This document shows positions 40,613-52,355 of a stretch of DNA of 60,000 nt, in pieces. A program made the position numbers and the translations under genes. The stretch is from Felis catus. Taxonomy: Eukaryota. The notes under the pieces were generated by a model that was not told where the DNA came from, did not search any database, and worked only from the letters and a program-made list of their open reading frames with translations. Numbering within the stretch: position 1 is the stretch's first letter; each line of letters begins with the position of its first letter. Location of the stretch: NCBI RefSeq assembly GCF_018350175.1, contig NC_058368.1:227294001-227354000 (forward strand). Direction: 5' to 3'.

Positions 40613-40822
40613 GGGCGCCTGGGTGGCTCAGCGGGTTAAGTGTCCGACTCTTGATTTCCACTCCGGTCGTGATCTCGTGGTTTGTGAGTTCAGGCTCTGT
40701 GGTGACAGCACGGAGCCTGCTTGGGATTCTCTGTCTCCCTCTCTCTCGGCACCTCACCTGCTCTTGCTGTCTCTCTCTCTCTCTCTCTCTCTCTCAAAAA
40801 TAAATGTTTAAAAAAAAAAAAA
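40613..40822 (+). mobile_element. Can-SINE ~110 nt downstream of exon 9
   Basis: Head, core with a small deletion, (CT)n, A tail. Confidence 0.9.
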
Positions 40823-40989
40823 GCTGACACTTAAAAAAACCAAAACAGAACATAACATTTTGCAGTGGATTGGAAACGTGCAAACACATTTTATCCAGTA
40901 GGCTGAAAGTTTAAGAAACAAATCAGACAGCCCAGCCCTAATTTGTTCTCCAAGGTCAGAGGTCGCACACACGGTAAACAGCACACCCA

Positions 40990-41135
40990 AAGGGACAACG
41001 TGAGGAGTCTTCGGGGCCATAGAACTGTTCCGTGCCCTGATGGTGGCGGTGGCTACACAGATCTTTGCACGTGTTAGAATTCTTGGAACTGTCTGCTCAG
41101 AAGTCAGTTTTATAATATGTTATTTAAAAAGTAAC
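40990..41135 (+). mobile_element. Old L1ME-like 3' end fragment
   Basis: agaactgttccgtgccctgatggtggcggtggctacacagatct...gtcagttttataatatgttatttaaaaa. Confidence 0.55.
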
Positions 41136-41235
41136 ACGCAAAAAAAAAAAAAAATAGGAAGGTGGACGATGACTAAAACCTGCCGATGTGCAAAGAAAGA
41201 GTAGTGCTGGAGTTAAGACTCTGGGGGCAGAGTTA

Positions 41236-41452
41236 GGGGCGCCCGGGTGGCTCTGTCGGTTGAGCATCTGACTTCAGCTCAGGTCATGATCTCACGGCTT
41301 GTGGGTTCGAGCCCCGCGTCGGGCTCTGTGCTGACAGCTCGGAGCCCGGAGCCAGCTTCGGATTCTGTTGTCTCCCTCTCTCTGCCCCTCCCCCACGCAT
41401 GCTCTGTCTCGCTCTCAAAAATAAATATTAAAAAAAAGTTAAAAAAAAAAAA
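41236..41452 (+). mobile_element. Can-SINE
   Basis: TSD tctgggggcag(a/g)gtt. Confidence 0.93.
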
Positions 41453-41839
41453 TCTGGGGGCAGGGTTGAGGCCAGATGGCGTATGGCCAGAAAGTCAAGT
41501 GTCCACAGCTAAACACTAAGCCAGTCTGAAAATTCCCAAGCGGACACAGTAGGAGGAGGCTTACTATACGGGAGCAAGGTGGTTCTTTACGAGAGGAGCG
41601 AAGCAGGCTGAGGAATGGTCGGTGGGTGTGCCGATTCTCCCGCGACGAAGGCGTCGCCACGTCTGCGTGTCGTGTGCCTGCCCACTTACTGTTCCTAGAA
41701 GTCACCCACCAAACTGGTAACCGTGGTTGCCTCCGGAAGGCAGGAGTCAGGACCGGGAGGAAGACTTTGTGCTGCATTCCCTTCTGCACCTTTTAAATTC
41801 TATACCAAGTGCATGTCATTATCCAAAAATGTATGGTGC

Positions 41840-41956
41840 AGGCGTGTCTGGCTGGCTCAGTGGGTAGAGCGTGCTGCTCTGGACCTCAGGGCTGTGAGTT
41901 AGAGCCCCACGTTCGATGTGAAGATTACTTAAAAATACAATCTTTAAAAAAAAAAA
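41840..41956 (+). mobile_element. Short old Can-SINE
   Basis: gctggctcagtgggtagagc...gagccccacgtt...gattacttaaaaatacaatctttaaaa. Confidence 0.8.
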
Positions 41957-43491
41957 CAAAACACTTAGTGCCCAAATCCGCCGAATCATTCAGCAGGGCA
42001 GCCAGAATTGACAAAGCCCGAGTTAAGAAATGAGCCACGAACTAGAGGAGGTCAGGACTGATGGCGCCATCCCTGAACCGGGTCACAAGCCACCCCTGCT
42101 CTCAGATGCCAAGCATTCCTGGAGGCTGGGTCTCTCGGTGTCACCTTCCCAGCTGTGGCAAAAACGGAGGAGTGGAAGATCGTGGCCGTGGGGTGGTGTG
42201 TCTGGTCTTTGTCGGGGGCGGGGGGACCCTGGGGGAGCCAAGCTGTGCCAGGCGACCCCACCTCGAGGAGGCTGCCCCCTGCTGGAGATTGGGGCCCATA
42301 TTGCTCCTTCCCCAGGCCCAGCTGGAGGAGGGACTGGGGGCCCCAGAGAATTCCAGCTGGGACGGGGATCCAGCTGGGATGGGGGTGGAGTGGCTTTTAA
42401 TCTCTCAACTCACTTCTGTGTCTATCAGTCTAAGGCCTTCCAGCCAGCTGTCAGGCCCCGGCTGTCTTTGCAACCTGCGGGGGGTGGGCCAAGCCCATTA
42501 GCATTCCGCGTGCGCCCCCCGCCCTCTCGCTCAGCCAAACCCAAGTGTGCATCTGTGCTGTGTAAACACAACACCCCCCCCCCGGGGAAGGCAGGCAGGG
42601 CACCCCGTTCGACGAGGAGGGCCGCAGAGTCCCCCTTTGAATGTATCCTGGACGGGAGTTTTCACCCCAGGAGTGAGCACGTCCCCCTGCACGAAGGTCT
42701 CATGTCTCGGCCCCAGCCCGGGGCTGCCGACCCTGCGACAGACGACTAGGCCTAGGCCGCAGCTTCCTTCAGCTACTTGCGCTTTCAGATGGATCCAAAC
42801 ATCCGGGGCACCTCTTCCCGACAAGGAGTGTCTGTGGCCTCCAAGGCCAAATTCAGTCCCTGCTTCACACGTCCCTCCTCTGTGCTCAGGCCGGGCGCCC
42901 TGCCCCGCGCCCCAGTTCACTAGCGTGGATGGGGAGGCGACACGGGGAATGCACCGAGGTCTTTGAGAAACAGTGACGTGTCGAAACAAGGGGGGCACAG
43001 TTAGGGAAGGAGAAGAGGAGATGACCGGGGTTCCAGGGGCCGGGAGGGCTGGGAAGGAGATCAGGAGAGCTTCGTCCTTCCCTCCCTGACCTCTGGTCGC
43101 CACACCCCCCACACAGGTGTCCTGGGAAGACAGGGGTCCCCTCATACCCACAGTCAAAACTGACCCCCGCAAGTGGCCGCTTTTCTCTGTTTTTTAGAGA
43201 AGAGAAATCAGATCGGGGCTGGAGGCAGGTCAGGGGGTTGGGGCAGGGACAGGGTGGGCAGGGGGTCCCAGGGGCAGGCCGGGCCGAGCCAAAGACAGCC
43301 GGCAGTCAGAGTGGAGAAAGGCAGGTGCCCGCACCCGGCTGTCTGGATGCTCAGGGCTGCGAAGAGGCCAGACGGGGCTATCCCAGGCCCAGAAGTAGGG
43401 TCAGGAACCCCGGCAGGGAGATACGGAGGCCAGCCCAGGGCAGCAGCAGCAAGGCCTGGGTCCTCCCCAGCTGCCCCACGACCTCGGGTAG

Positions 43492-43800
<309 letters not shown>

Positions 43801-43950
43801 TAGAGCTAGAAATGCAGAGCGATACCTTCTTTCTCTGCCGAGCCAGGAGGTGGGAGGCTGCTCAGCTCCTTTCTAGAATACTTCCGGGGTCAGGCCCATT
43901 CACACTATTCGCTGAGCACCTGCTGCGGGTGGCAGGCAGAAGGGGAATAA

Positions 43951-44625
<675 letters not shown>

Positions 44626-44936
44626 TAAACCTGCCTTGTTTCAAAAGGCAGCCGTCCTGCTCAGGAGGGACATTGAGGACACAATCCTGCATCCTAGCGT
44701 TGCCTCTAGAGAACTAAAACTTGTAGAAACTATATCATGCTTTGACCACACAGGAAAATGCCAGAAAGGTGATTCCCTTTGCGACCGATCCGTCCTCTGA
44801 GTCCTTACCAACTACGACTCGATCACTGTGAAAGTCTAGAAAATGTTGGGTGATCTCCCCACTCTCTGCCTCTGCAAATCCCTTCCCCTCTTCAACCTGA
44901 GATAACATGCCACAGGAAAGTCTTCCCAGCTGCCCA

Positions 44937-44937
<1 letters not shown>

Positions 44938-44973
<36 letters not shown>
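44938..44973. repeat. (CA)18 microsatellite
   Basis: Read directly. Confidence 0.95.
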
Positions 44974-44974
<1 letters not shown>

Positions 44975-45947
44975 CGTACTCTGTTACCAGGTAATTCGTT
45001 TATCCTGCAGGGTTACCTGTTTGAAGGCACAGTCCTAAGATTATGACCACTTAGGGAGCAGGAGAGTGAGATTAGCCAGGGAAAGGTTGGGTAGAGGAGG
45101 GGAAGGGGCCAAGAATGGATGTCCCAGGCTCACCAGTATGATACCCCAGCCACGGCAGCTGGGTGATGAAGGCGGACATTGGCAGAGATTTGGACCCAAC
45201 CGAGGTCGGGGGTTTTGCCTGCAAGTGACGTTACAGCAGAGAGAGGCACCGAAGTGACTATAATTGTTGAGCGTTTCATTTGAGCTGATGAAAGAGGAGA
45301 GAAGGGACCAGAAGGCCCATGGGTTGTGGGGGCAGGGTCCTGGAAGGAGGGGCCAGACAGTGGCAGGAGGTGGAGGACCAGGCCCTTGAAGCTGGCGGGC
45401 CAGTGGTGCGGAGGGTGTTAATAAAGACAGGGTCTCCAGGGAGCTGAGAATGGCGGGTGGCTCTGGAGAACCTGATCCCCAAGGAAAAGAGGTCAGGGCA
45501 TGGAGAGAGGCCATTTACTGCAAGGCGGGCAGTACAGTCACCAGGAACTGGGACAGGCGACGAGCAGGGCAGGAGACACAGACCCGGGGCTGGCCTGGAG
45601 GGGGAGAATACTCCGAGAGCAGGTGAGCCCAAGCTCATCGGAAGTGAGAGCAGTTGGCAGGTGGTGGAAGGAGGAGGCGTGGGGAGGGGCTGCACTCAGC
45701 TGACGGTGCGCTCCCGCTAGCGGCCAGGAGGGGGCAGACGGGGTTCCCCGAAGCTCCTAGCGGCACCCCCTTCCCTCCCCCCCCCCCGCCCCAGTACCCG
45801 GAGATGCAGCCTTGGTGAGGTCACCCCAACCATAAACGAGTCCCAGGTCTGCCACGAGGGCCCCGCCCCGGAGACCCTGGCGGCCCCTCCCTGTTCTGCG
45901 ACGGGGCCCTGTCCCAGCCCCACACTGACGGGTCTTCTTGGGTCTAG

Positions 45948-46061
<114 letters not shown>

Positions 46062-46141
46062 GGCCGGGACGCAGGCGCAGCAGGGGCGCTCGAGATGGCT
46101 CTGCAGCATCGTCTCCTCTCCCGTCGTGTTTTGTTCTCTTC

Positions 46142-46172
46142 TTGGCTTTGGTTTTGGTTTTGGTTTTGGTTT
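46142..46172. repeat. (TTTTGG)n repeat in the proximal 3'UTR
   Basis: About 5 units, ~80 nt after the stop codon. Confidence 0.85.
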
Positions 46173-46820
46173 AACGGAAGAGGCCTTGATTGGAAGGTTT
46201 CGTGCAAACTCCCGGGCACACTGGGTATGCCCGCCCTGCGGGGGGGGGAGGGGGGGGACCTCGACGCCGGTCTCCGCCACCGCTTTGTAAAAAACCAACG
46301 GAACAACCGAGTTCGCGCCCCCGCTTCCCGAACATCCAGAAGACGCGGCTGCCTCGTAGAACGGGCCGTCTCCTCCCTCGGACAATCTCCACTTGGAACC
46401 AAAGGACTGCGGCTGTGCCATCAGCGCCCTCGCCACCACTGCCCAGCAGGCCAGACTTGACCCCGTCCCTTTGCATCTCTCTTAACGAATCAGCAGGTTA
46501 CAACTCGGCTTTCTTGGATCGGCTTCCCAGGAGCAGGAGCCTGGCTGTACACAGAGACGTGGCCCCGGAGGCCTCCGCCCTGCAGCCCGGAGCCGTCTGC
46601 CACACTCGTGCGCGCGGGGGGTCCGCGACAGGCTGCGGCCTGGAGTGGCCGTTCACACTGAGGAATGCACCTGTGAACGCGCTGCACGGACGGACGGACG
46701 GGCCTGACCTCCTCCCTGTAGGAAGGTTCGAGATGCCAGGGGAGTCGCGCGGACTGAACGATCGCCTTTCACCGGCATTGTCCTAGCTTTGAGCGAGCTC
46801 CCGCGTTTCAGACCCCGCCG

Positions 46821-46828
46821 TGTACATA
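46821..46828 (+). promoter_or_regulatory. Pumilio response element TGTACATA in the 3'UTR
   Basis: Exact match to UGUAHAUA; a second match (TGTATATA) lies at 47496-47503, beyond the proximal poly(A) signal. Confidence 0.4.
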
Positions 46829-47393
46829 CATGAGCTAACTTTTTTTAAGTTGTCACAAACGCGCATCTCCAAATTTCAGCGTCTCCGGCATGACTTTCCC
46901 TGAAGGCTTGTTTCTCACTCACCTTTCCTGAAGATGGCGCTAGAGCAAGTGAAATGGAGCATTCTAACTTCGCGGTCTTAGTTTTTACAGTGAACTGAAG
47001 CTTTAAGTCATAATCTAGCATTCTAATGCCAGGTTGCTGTATCGTAACTTTTGAAGTAGATTCATTACCTGGTTCCGCTCCTTTTAGTCATAACCATGCG
47101 GTGCAGGTAATTTCACGCCACACGATAAAACATTTTATAAACGATAGCAAAGTCACTATGTGATACTCCCTGAAATGACACATTTGAAATCCATTCAGTG
47201 CAGTATATTTTTCTAAGTTTTGGAAAGCGGGTTTTTTCTTTAAAAAATTATGGACACAGTTCACTAAATTCTTGATTTAGTCAAAATTCTAGACTGAAAG
47301 AACCTAAACACAAAAATATTTTAAAGATATATATACTGTATATGTTATGTAATTTATTTTAGGCTATAATACATTTCCTATTTTCGCATTTTC

Positions 47394-47399
47394 AATAAA
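47394..47399 (+). terminator. Proximal polyadenylation signal AATAAA of ANKH
   Basis: Canonical hexamer with upstream TGTA elements (47337, 47348) and a downstream GT-rich tract (gattgcttgtgtgct). Confidence 0.75.
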
Positions 47400-49340
47400 A
47401 GGTCTCTAATACAATACGGTGATTGCTTGTGTGCTCCACGTACCTGCAGTTGAAACGTATTGTATTGTATCTTCTTACAGTTTTACAGAGTCACTTGTAT
47501 ATAAATGTGAGGATCAGTAGATGACAAGAGAACTATTTTTAATTCTGGGTGGGTGACGGGTGTAACTGGGATCAGCTGGCATAGACAATAGTGGGAATGG
47601 AATACTTTGCCGGAAGGGCAAAAAAGGAAAAAGGCGAGCCTTTTGTGTTTATTGTTTTCAGTGCTGTGTAATCATATTGTTCCTCATTAAAAAAAAAAAA
47701 AAGAAAAAGAAAAAAGAATGTAAGGGCAAGTCAGCCATGACCATCGCAGGGTTGCATTCACGTTTCTGGACAAGTGACCCTTGGGTGTGCCCACCATGGG
47801 GACAAATCTTCATGTGCTTCCCCCGAGCGACTTTTCCTCCATATATATGAGCGCTGGAAATTAAGATGCACAGCCTTTGGGTGGTTTCAGGGGCAGATCT
47901 GAGAAGACGGGGGAAACGTCTAATTGTATCAGCTTTTTAAAAGTACGTGACTAGAAAATTAAACAGCAGTATTTTTTAACACGTGTGACTATTTCATGCT
48001 TGTGGGCCTGGAGCTTAAAAATCAAATTGAAAAAGCCACCTCTTCTAAGTCGGGGAAAGATCAGCTAGAGACCCTTCGTTAAGCACCTAGAACGCGTCAT
48101 TTAGAACTTTAGAGATTTTGTCGGTGATGAACATTCACGGCCATAAATGGGCCATTTCCATCTCAGAGAACACGGGGTGATGCCCCAAACCCAGACCACG
48201 ACGACAGAGATTGTGCAAGATGTGTCCAAAAACTGCTGTCTGGAAGCACACCATCCCTCACACGGTTCCTTCACTCGGGCTGCTTAATTCGAGGCCTAAC
48301 ACACGCACTTAAACTTGTAAGGCAAACCCTGATGCTTGCAGCTTCCTGGCTCTGTGCTGACCCACAGAGACAGGAAAGGTGGTCAAACCAGAAAGGAGAA
48401 GACACTTCTCCTTCCTGCTTTTTAGAGTAAGGAGGGGCACACATTTGACTCTGCCGTCCAAAAAAGAGTTCCCCAACGCAGGTTTCTTTTTTATTGCAAG
48501 TTGCTCAGCTGACATCTCGAGGACCATGAAAAGACCTGCCGTGACTTTCTCCGTGTTGGGTGACTTATAGAAAACATACAATCTAAAGCCTTTTTTAACG
48601 TGAATGCTGAGAAGTGAGTTAGGGCAGCTCAGTGCAGTCTTTTTATACTGAGGGTTTTCTCTGTGCAAACCCAGGTCAGAGTAGCTCCTTTTGTGGCCTC
48701 CCTGCTTTTTTTGAGGGTCATATGCCAGGTCATTCTAAACATGCAGGTGTCGTGTGCTCTGTTCCGCTTGGAGCTTGGTGGCACTGGACATCAGATGCCC
48801 AGGAACTGAGCACCAAGGACCAGGTGAGGCTGGCTCCGGGGAGGTCATGATAGGGTTGGACCTGTCGGCCGTGAGGCTCAGGACGAGCTGACAGGTCTGC
48901 TCAGTGGCCAGAACCCCTCACCTGTTTGGGATTCTTAATTTGGGCACGAGAGGCTATTGCTTGACATCACTGGGTGCAAGCCGGGCCAGGCCCCTCGCTG
49001 CCTGTGTTGGGCTCGTCTTGTTTGTGTGTTAGCCCTGGCGGGTGGTTTGGCTTTGGAAATGTCCCTGGGTGGCTGATTCCATCAGAAAGAGTAGCTTCCG
49101 CGCTGGTTCAGGATGTATCAGATTGGCCAAGTAAAGCTTCGGTATGTGCTCTTAGTTTCTAGAAACAAAACAATTTAAAGACTCAGTGGTTCTCTGACTA
49201 GAGTTGTTTTCCTTAATTCAGACTGAAGTGGGAGGGACCAAGAACCAGTGTTGCAAAATAGGAAGTATTTGTGCTGTTGTACTTAAGTGACATTAGCTTG
49301 AGAAATATTTTCCCGTTATTTAAAAAATCTTTCCACTTCA

Positions 49341-49520
49341 GGGGCGCCTGGGTGGCTCTGTTAGGTTGTCTGACTCTTGATTTCGGCTCAGGTCACGATC
49401 CCAGGATCGTGGGATCAAGCCCCGCGTCGGGCTCCACGCGGAGCATGGAACCTGCTTGAGGTTCTCTCTCTCTCCCTCTGCCCCTCTCCCCCACTCGCGC
49501 TCTAATATGAAATGTTTAAA
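49341..49520 (+). mobile_element. Can-SINE (in the putative long 3'UTR)
   Basis: ggggcgcctgggtggctc head and core. Confidence 0.9.
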
Positions 49521-50131
49521 ATTGCTACTTCAGCTGTGTTTCAACCAGCCACAGCTTCTGGCCTCTTATTCTGCAGGTCAGCTGACCCCTGAACTTATGA
49601 TGAAGCTTTCAAAGTGACGGACAGACCAGAAAAAGGGGTCTTTTTATGTTCTAAGTCCTGCCACTTTTTTGTAACCAACATCGCGATGGGCAGGGCTTTA
49701 TGAGACAGGGCAGTTTGTAGTGTTGAGACCTGTGCGTTGCAGCCAAGTCCATGAAACCCGTCGATCCCACCTGCCTTCCGTAGACAGCTGTCCTCACGCA
49801 CAGCCTCACACGCCTCTTTCATAAAAAGCGTCTGAACCAGAGAAAAGCATGTTTTTGAGCCACATGTTTGGTAAACATTCGAGAGGCTCCCTCTGTGTGG
49901 TTGAGTCTCTCTTTCTGTCATTTGAAATAGCAAAACGTCACATGACTCATCAGCTGATGTAACCACACGTGAAACAGGATGTAGAAGCAGTCTGCAGACG
50001 AATGTACGAAAAGGCCCTGCCCTTTCGAAGGCTACACCTCTGAAGCGAACTACGCCAATGTTCAAAATGAGCGGAATTTTATTACGTAATCAAAATAACC
50101 CCAAACTCCGCTCAGAGGTCAGAAAAGAGGG

Positions 50132-50167
50132 GTGTGTGTGTGTGTGTGTGTGTGCGTGTGTGTGTGT
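50132..50167. repeat. Interrupted (GT)n microsatellite
   Basis: Read directly; one GC interruption. Confidence 0.93.
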
Positions 50168-50305
50168 TGATCTCAAAAGGGAAAAATGATGGAGAAGAGA
50201 TGGTGAGAGCTTGTTCTGAGCTGACTTTCTTCTCAAAAGGGAAAGTTCGAACTGTTAGCCTCTGCTAAGCAGAGCACCAAAGGTGGAACTCCTAAGTCAT
50301 CATTC

Positions 50306-50519
50306 TTTTTTTTTTTAATGCTTATTATTGAGAGAGAGAGAGACACAGAGTGTGAGCCAGGGGAGGGGCAGAGAGAGAAGGAGACCCAGAATCTGAAGCA
50401 GGCTCCAGGCTCTGAGCTGTCAGCACAAAGCCTGACGTGGGACTCGAACCCACGAACTGTGAGATCAGGACCTGAGCGGAAGCCGGCTGCTCAACTGACT
50501 GAGCCACCCTGGCGCCCCC
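50306..50519 (-). mobile_element. Can-SINE (in the putative long 3'UTR)
   Basis: Reverse-complement consensus; cattcttttt on both flanks. Confidence 0.92.
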
Positions 50520-50755
50520 TGAGCATTCTTTTTAAGTCATTCTTTGCCGAGTCCTACTGGTTCTGAAAGATTTTTTCCCTGCTTCATTTATAATCGGCCA
50601 GGTCTCCAAGTCTGTGTAAGACCTATGTGCTTGTGTAGATGGCAGTCGGCTACACATAGATTCAGCACATTTCTTATACTGCACCTCTTTTTGAGTTAGG
50701 TTACAAAGCACCATGAGCTTCCACAGTCCGTGCATGTAAACAGAAATGCAGAAGA

Positions 50756-50962
50756 GGGGCGCTTGGGCGGCTCAGTTGGTTGGGCATCTGACTCTTGATT
50801 TCGGCTCAGGTCATGATCCCAGGGTCATCGGATTGAGCCCTGCATCAGGCTCTGTGCTGAGTGTGGATCCTGCTTGGGAGTCAATCTCTCTCTCTGTCTC
50901 TCTCTCTCTCTGCCTCTCTCCCTTCCTCGCACTTTCTTTCTAAAATTAAAACAAAACAAAAC
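50756..50962 (+). mobile_element. Can-SINE (in the putative long 3'UTR)
   Basis: Head, core, (CT)n, (AAAAC)n tail. Confidence 0.9.
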
Positions 50963-52349
50963 CTCACAAGAGGTAGGATCCCTTCCTGTGTCCAGAAGTG
51001 GAAGTGGTTTCCTTAGGTTAAGGAAAGCTGGAGACAGACCAGCTTAAGATGATTATCATTCACGGTCTGGCTTCATGGAAATTCAGTGGCATATGGAGAT
51101 TGATTGGCACCATAAAGTTGAGAGGCAGACGTTCTCCAGCCATGAATCGGGGACAAGAAATGGTGCATTTGGAGCTGGGACACATCACAGCCAGGTGGAC
51201 TCTGTTCCCTGAAGCATGGGGCCACAAGCATAGGGGACTCACACTCTGGATGGATCTGCTATGAAGGTGAAGTGCAGACCACCCTGGTCGAACAAAGTCT
51301 ACACATCGCCCGGCAACCGCAGCCAGGACCAGCTGCCACAAAGCAGGCACGTTCCCCTAGCGGTGCCACATTCACGCTTGTAGAGGCGAATCCACAGCAA
51401 CTTGTGATGTGTTTGGTTTGCTTAGCGATGTATGGAGAGGGCAGATATCGAAAGCTGAAATGACCAAGGAGCTAGTCGGAGAACTTCGGAAACCTTGCCA
51501 GAGCCGCCCATGAGTTCTGTTCCAGACTCACAAGGCTGTGCTCATTCGTTGAAGGACAGCTTAAATGGCACGGCCTTCTACATCACTCACCCCTTTCTGG
51601 CCTCACACTCGTCGCCTGCACAGTAGAGGCTTGGGCCATCACTGCTAAGGCTCCTTCTGGGGCCAATACTCTGGGTATGATCCAGGATTTAGGACCCCGG
51701 TACAGGATCCTGCAAGGGAAGGATAAAATTACCTCCTTTTTCCTTTCAGATCTCAACGTTCGCAGTGATCCCGGATTTTTTTTTAACAAAATGAGGTCTC
51801 CTGGGAGTCTCTGCACATGTGCTGTGGCTTCCAGTTTACCAGCTTTTCAATTTCACATCAAAATTGTGGGTTTAATTGAAACTGATCACATCAAAATATC
51901 TGTGTAGCCTTTGATTAAAACTGACCGCAGAGGTCAATATAAAATACACATTGCCCTTGAACAATGGCTACATGTGTATTTCACAGACATAACTTTTTGT
52001 TAAGGGCATTTACATATGCTTTCCTTTTTTGGTTATTTCCGGGAGGGCAGAATTTATGCTCATGTATTGTCAAATAGTCTTCATACTCTAATTTTACTTT
52101 AAGTAAAGCTTAAAGTTGGCATGTGACTGAGATTGCTTTTAGTTTCTTGATTTTCTTATTGGAACCATCAGTCTGTTTATACCTCCCAAATTACATGATT
52201 TCCTAATTCGAACTACATTTCCCTTTTCTGTTGTACACGAGGCATTAAAATTTTGCCCTTCGCCCCGGTAGCTAAAATCTGTAACCACTGGCATATTTCT
52301 TTAAAATCCCTTATTTAAATATGACCTATTGCTTCAAATTGTATTCTAT

Positions 52350-52355
52350 ATTAAA
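52350..52355 (+). terminator. Candidate distal polyadenylation signal ATTAAA of ANKH
   Basis: Ends an AT-rich block (51.9-52.4 kb) with upstream TGTA (52280, 52340); fits the recalled multi-kb 3'UTR of human ANKH; alternative ATTAAA at 51914 and 52244. Confidence 0.4.

Larger units (their letters stand above)
46062..47420 (+). other. ANKH: ANKH 3'UTR, proximal isoform (may extend to ~52.4 kb in a long isoform)
   Basis: Follows the stop codon; GC/CpG-rich first ~750 nt, then AU-rich, ending at AATAAA 47394. Confidence 0.7.

Noticed and set aside
42030..43172. 239-aa and 213-aa overlapping ORFs in intron 9
   Set aside because: GC-rich, Pro/Gly/Arg-biased and open on both strands; no recognisable homology.
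47686..47717. ATTAAA followed by a genomic A-run
   Set aside because: Genome-encoded A tract; a likely oligo-dT internal-priming artefact rather than evidence of a poly(A) site.
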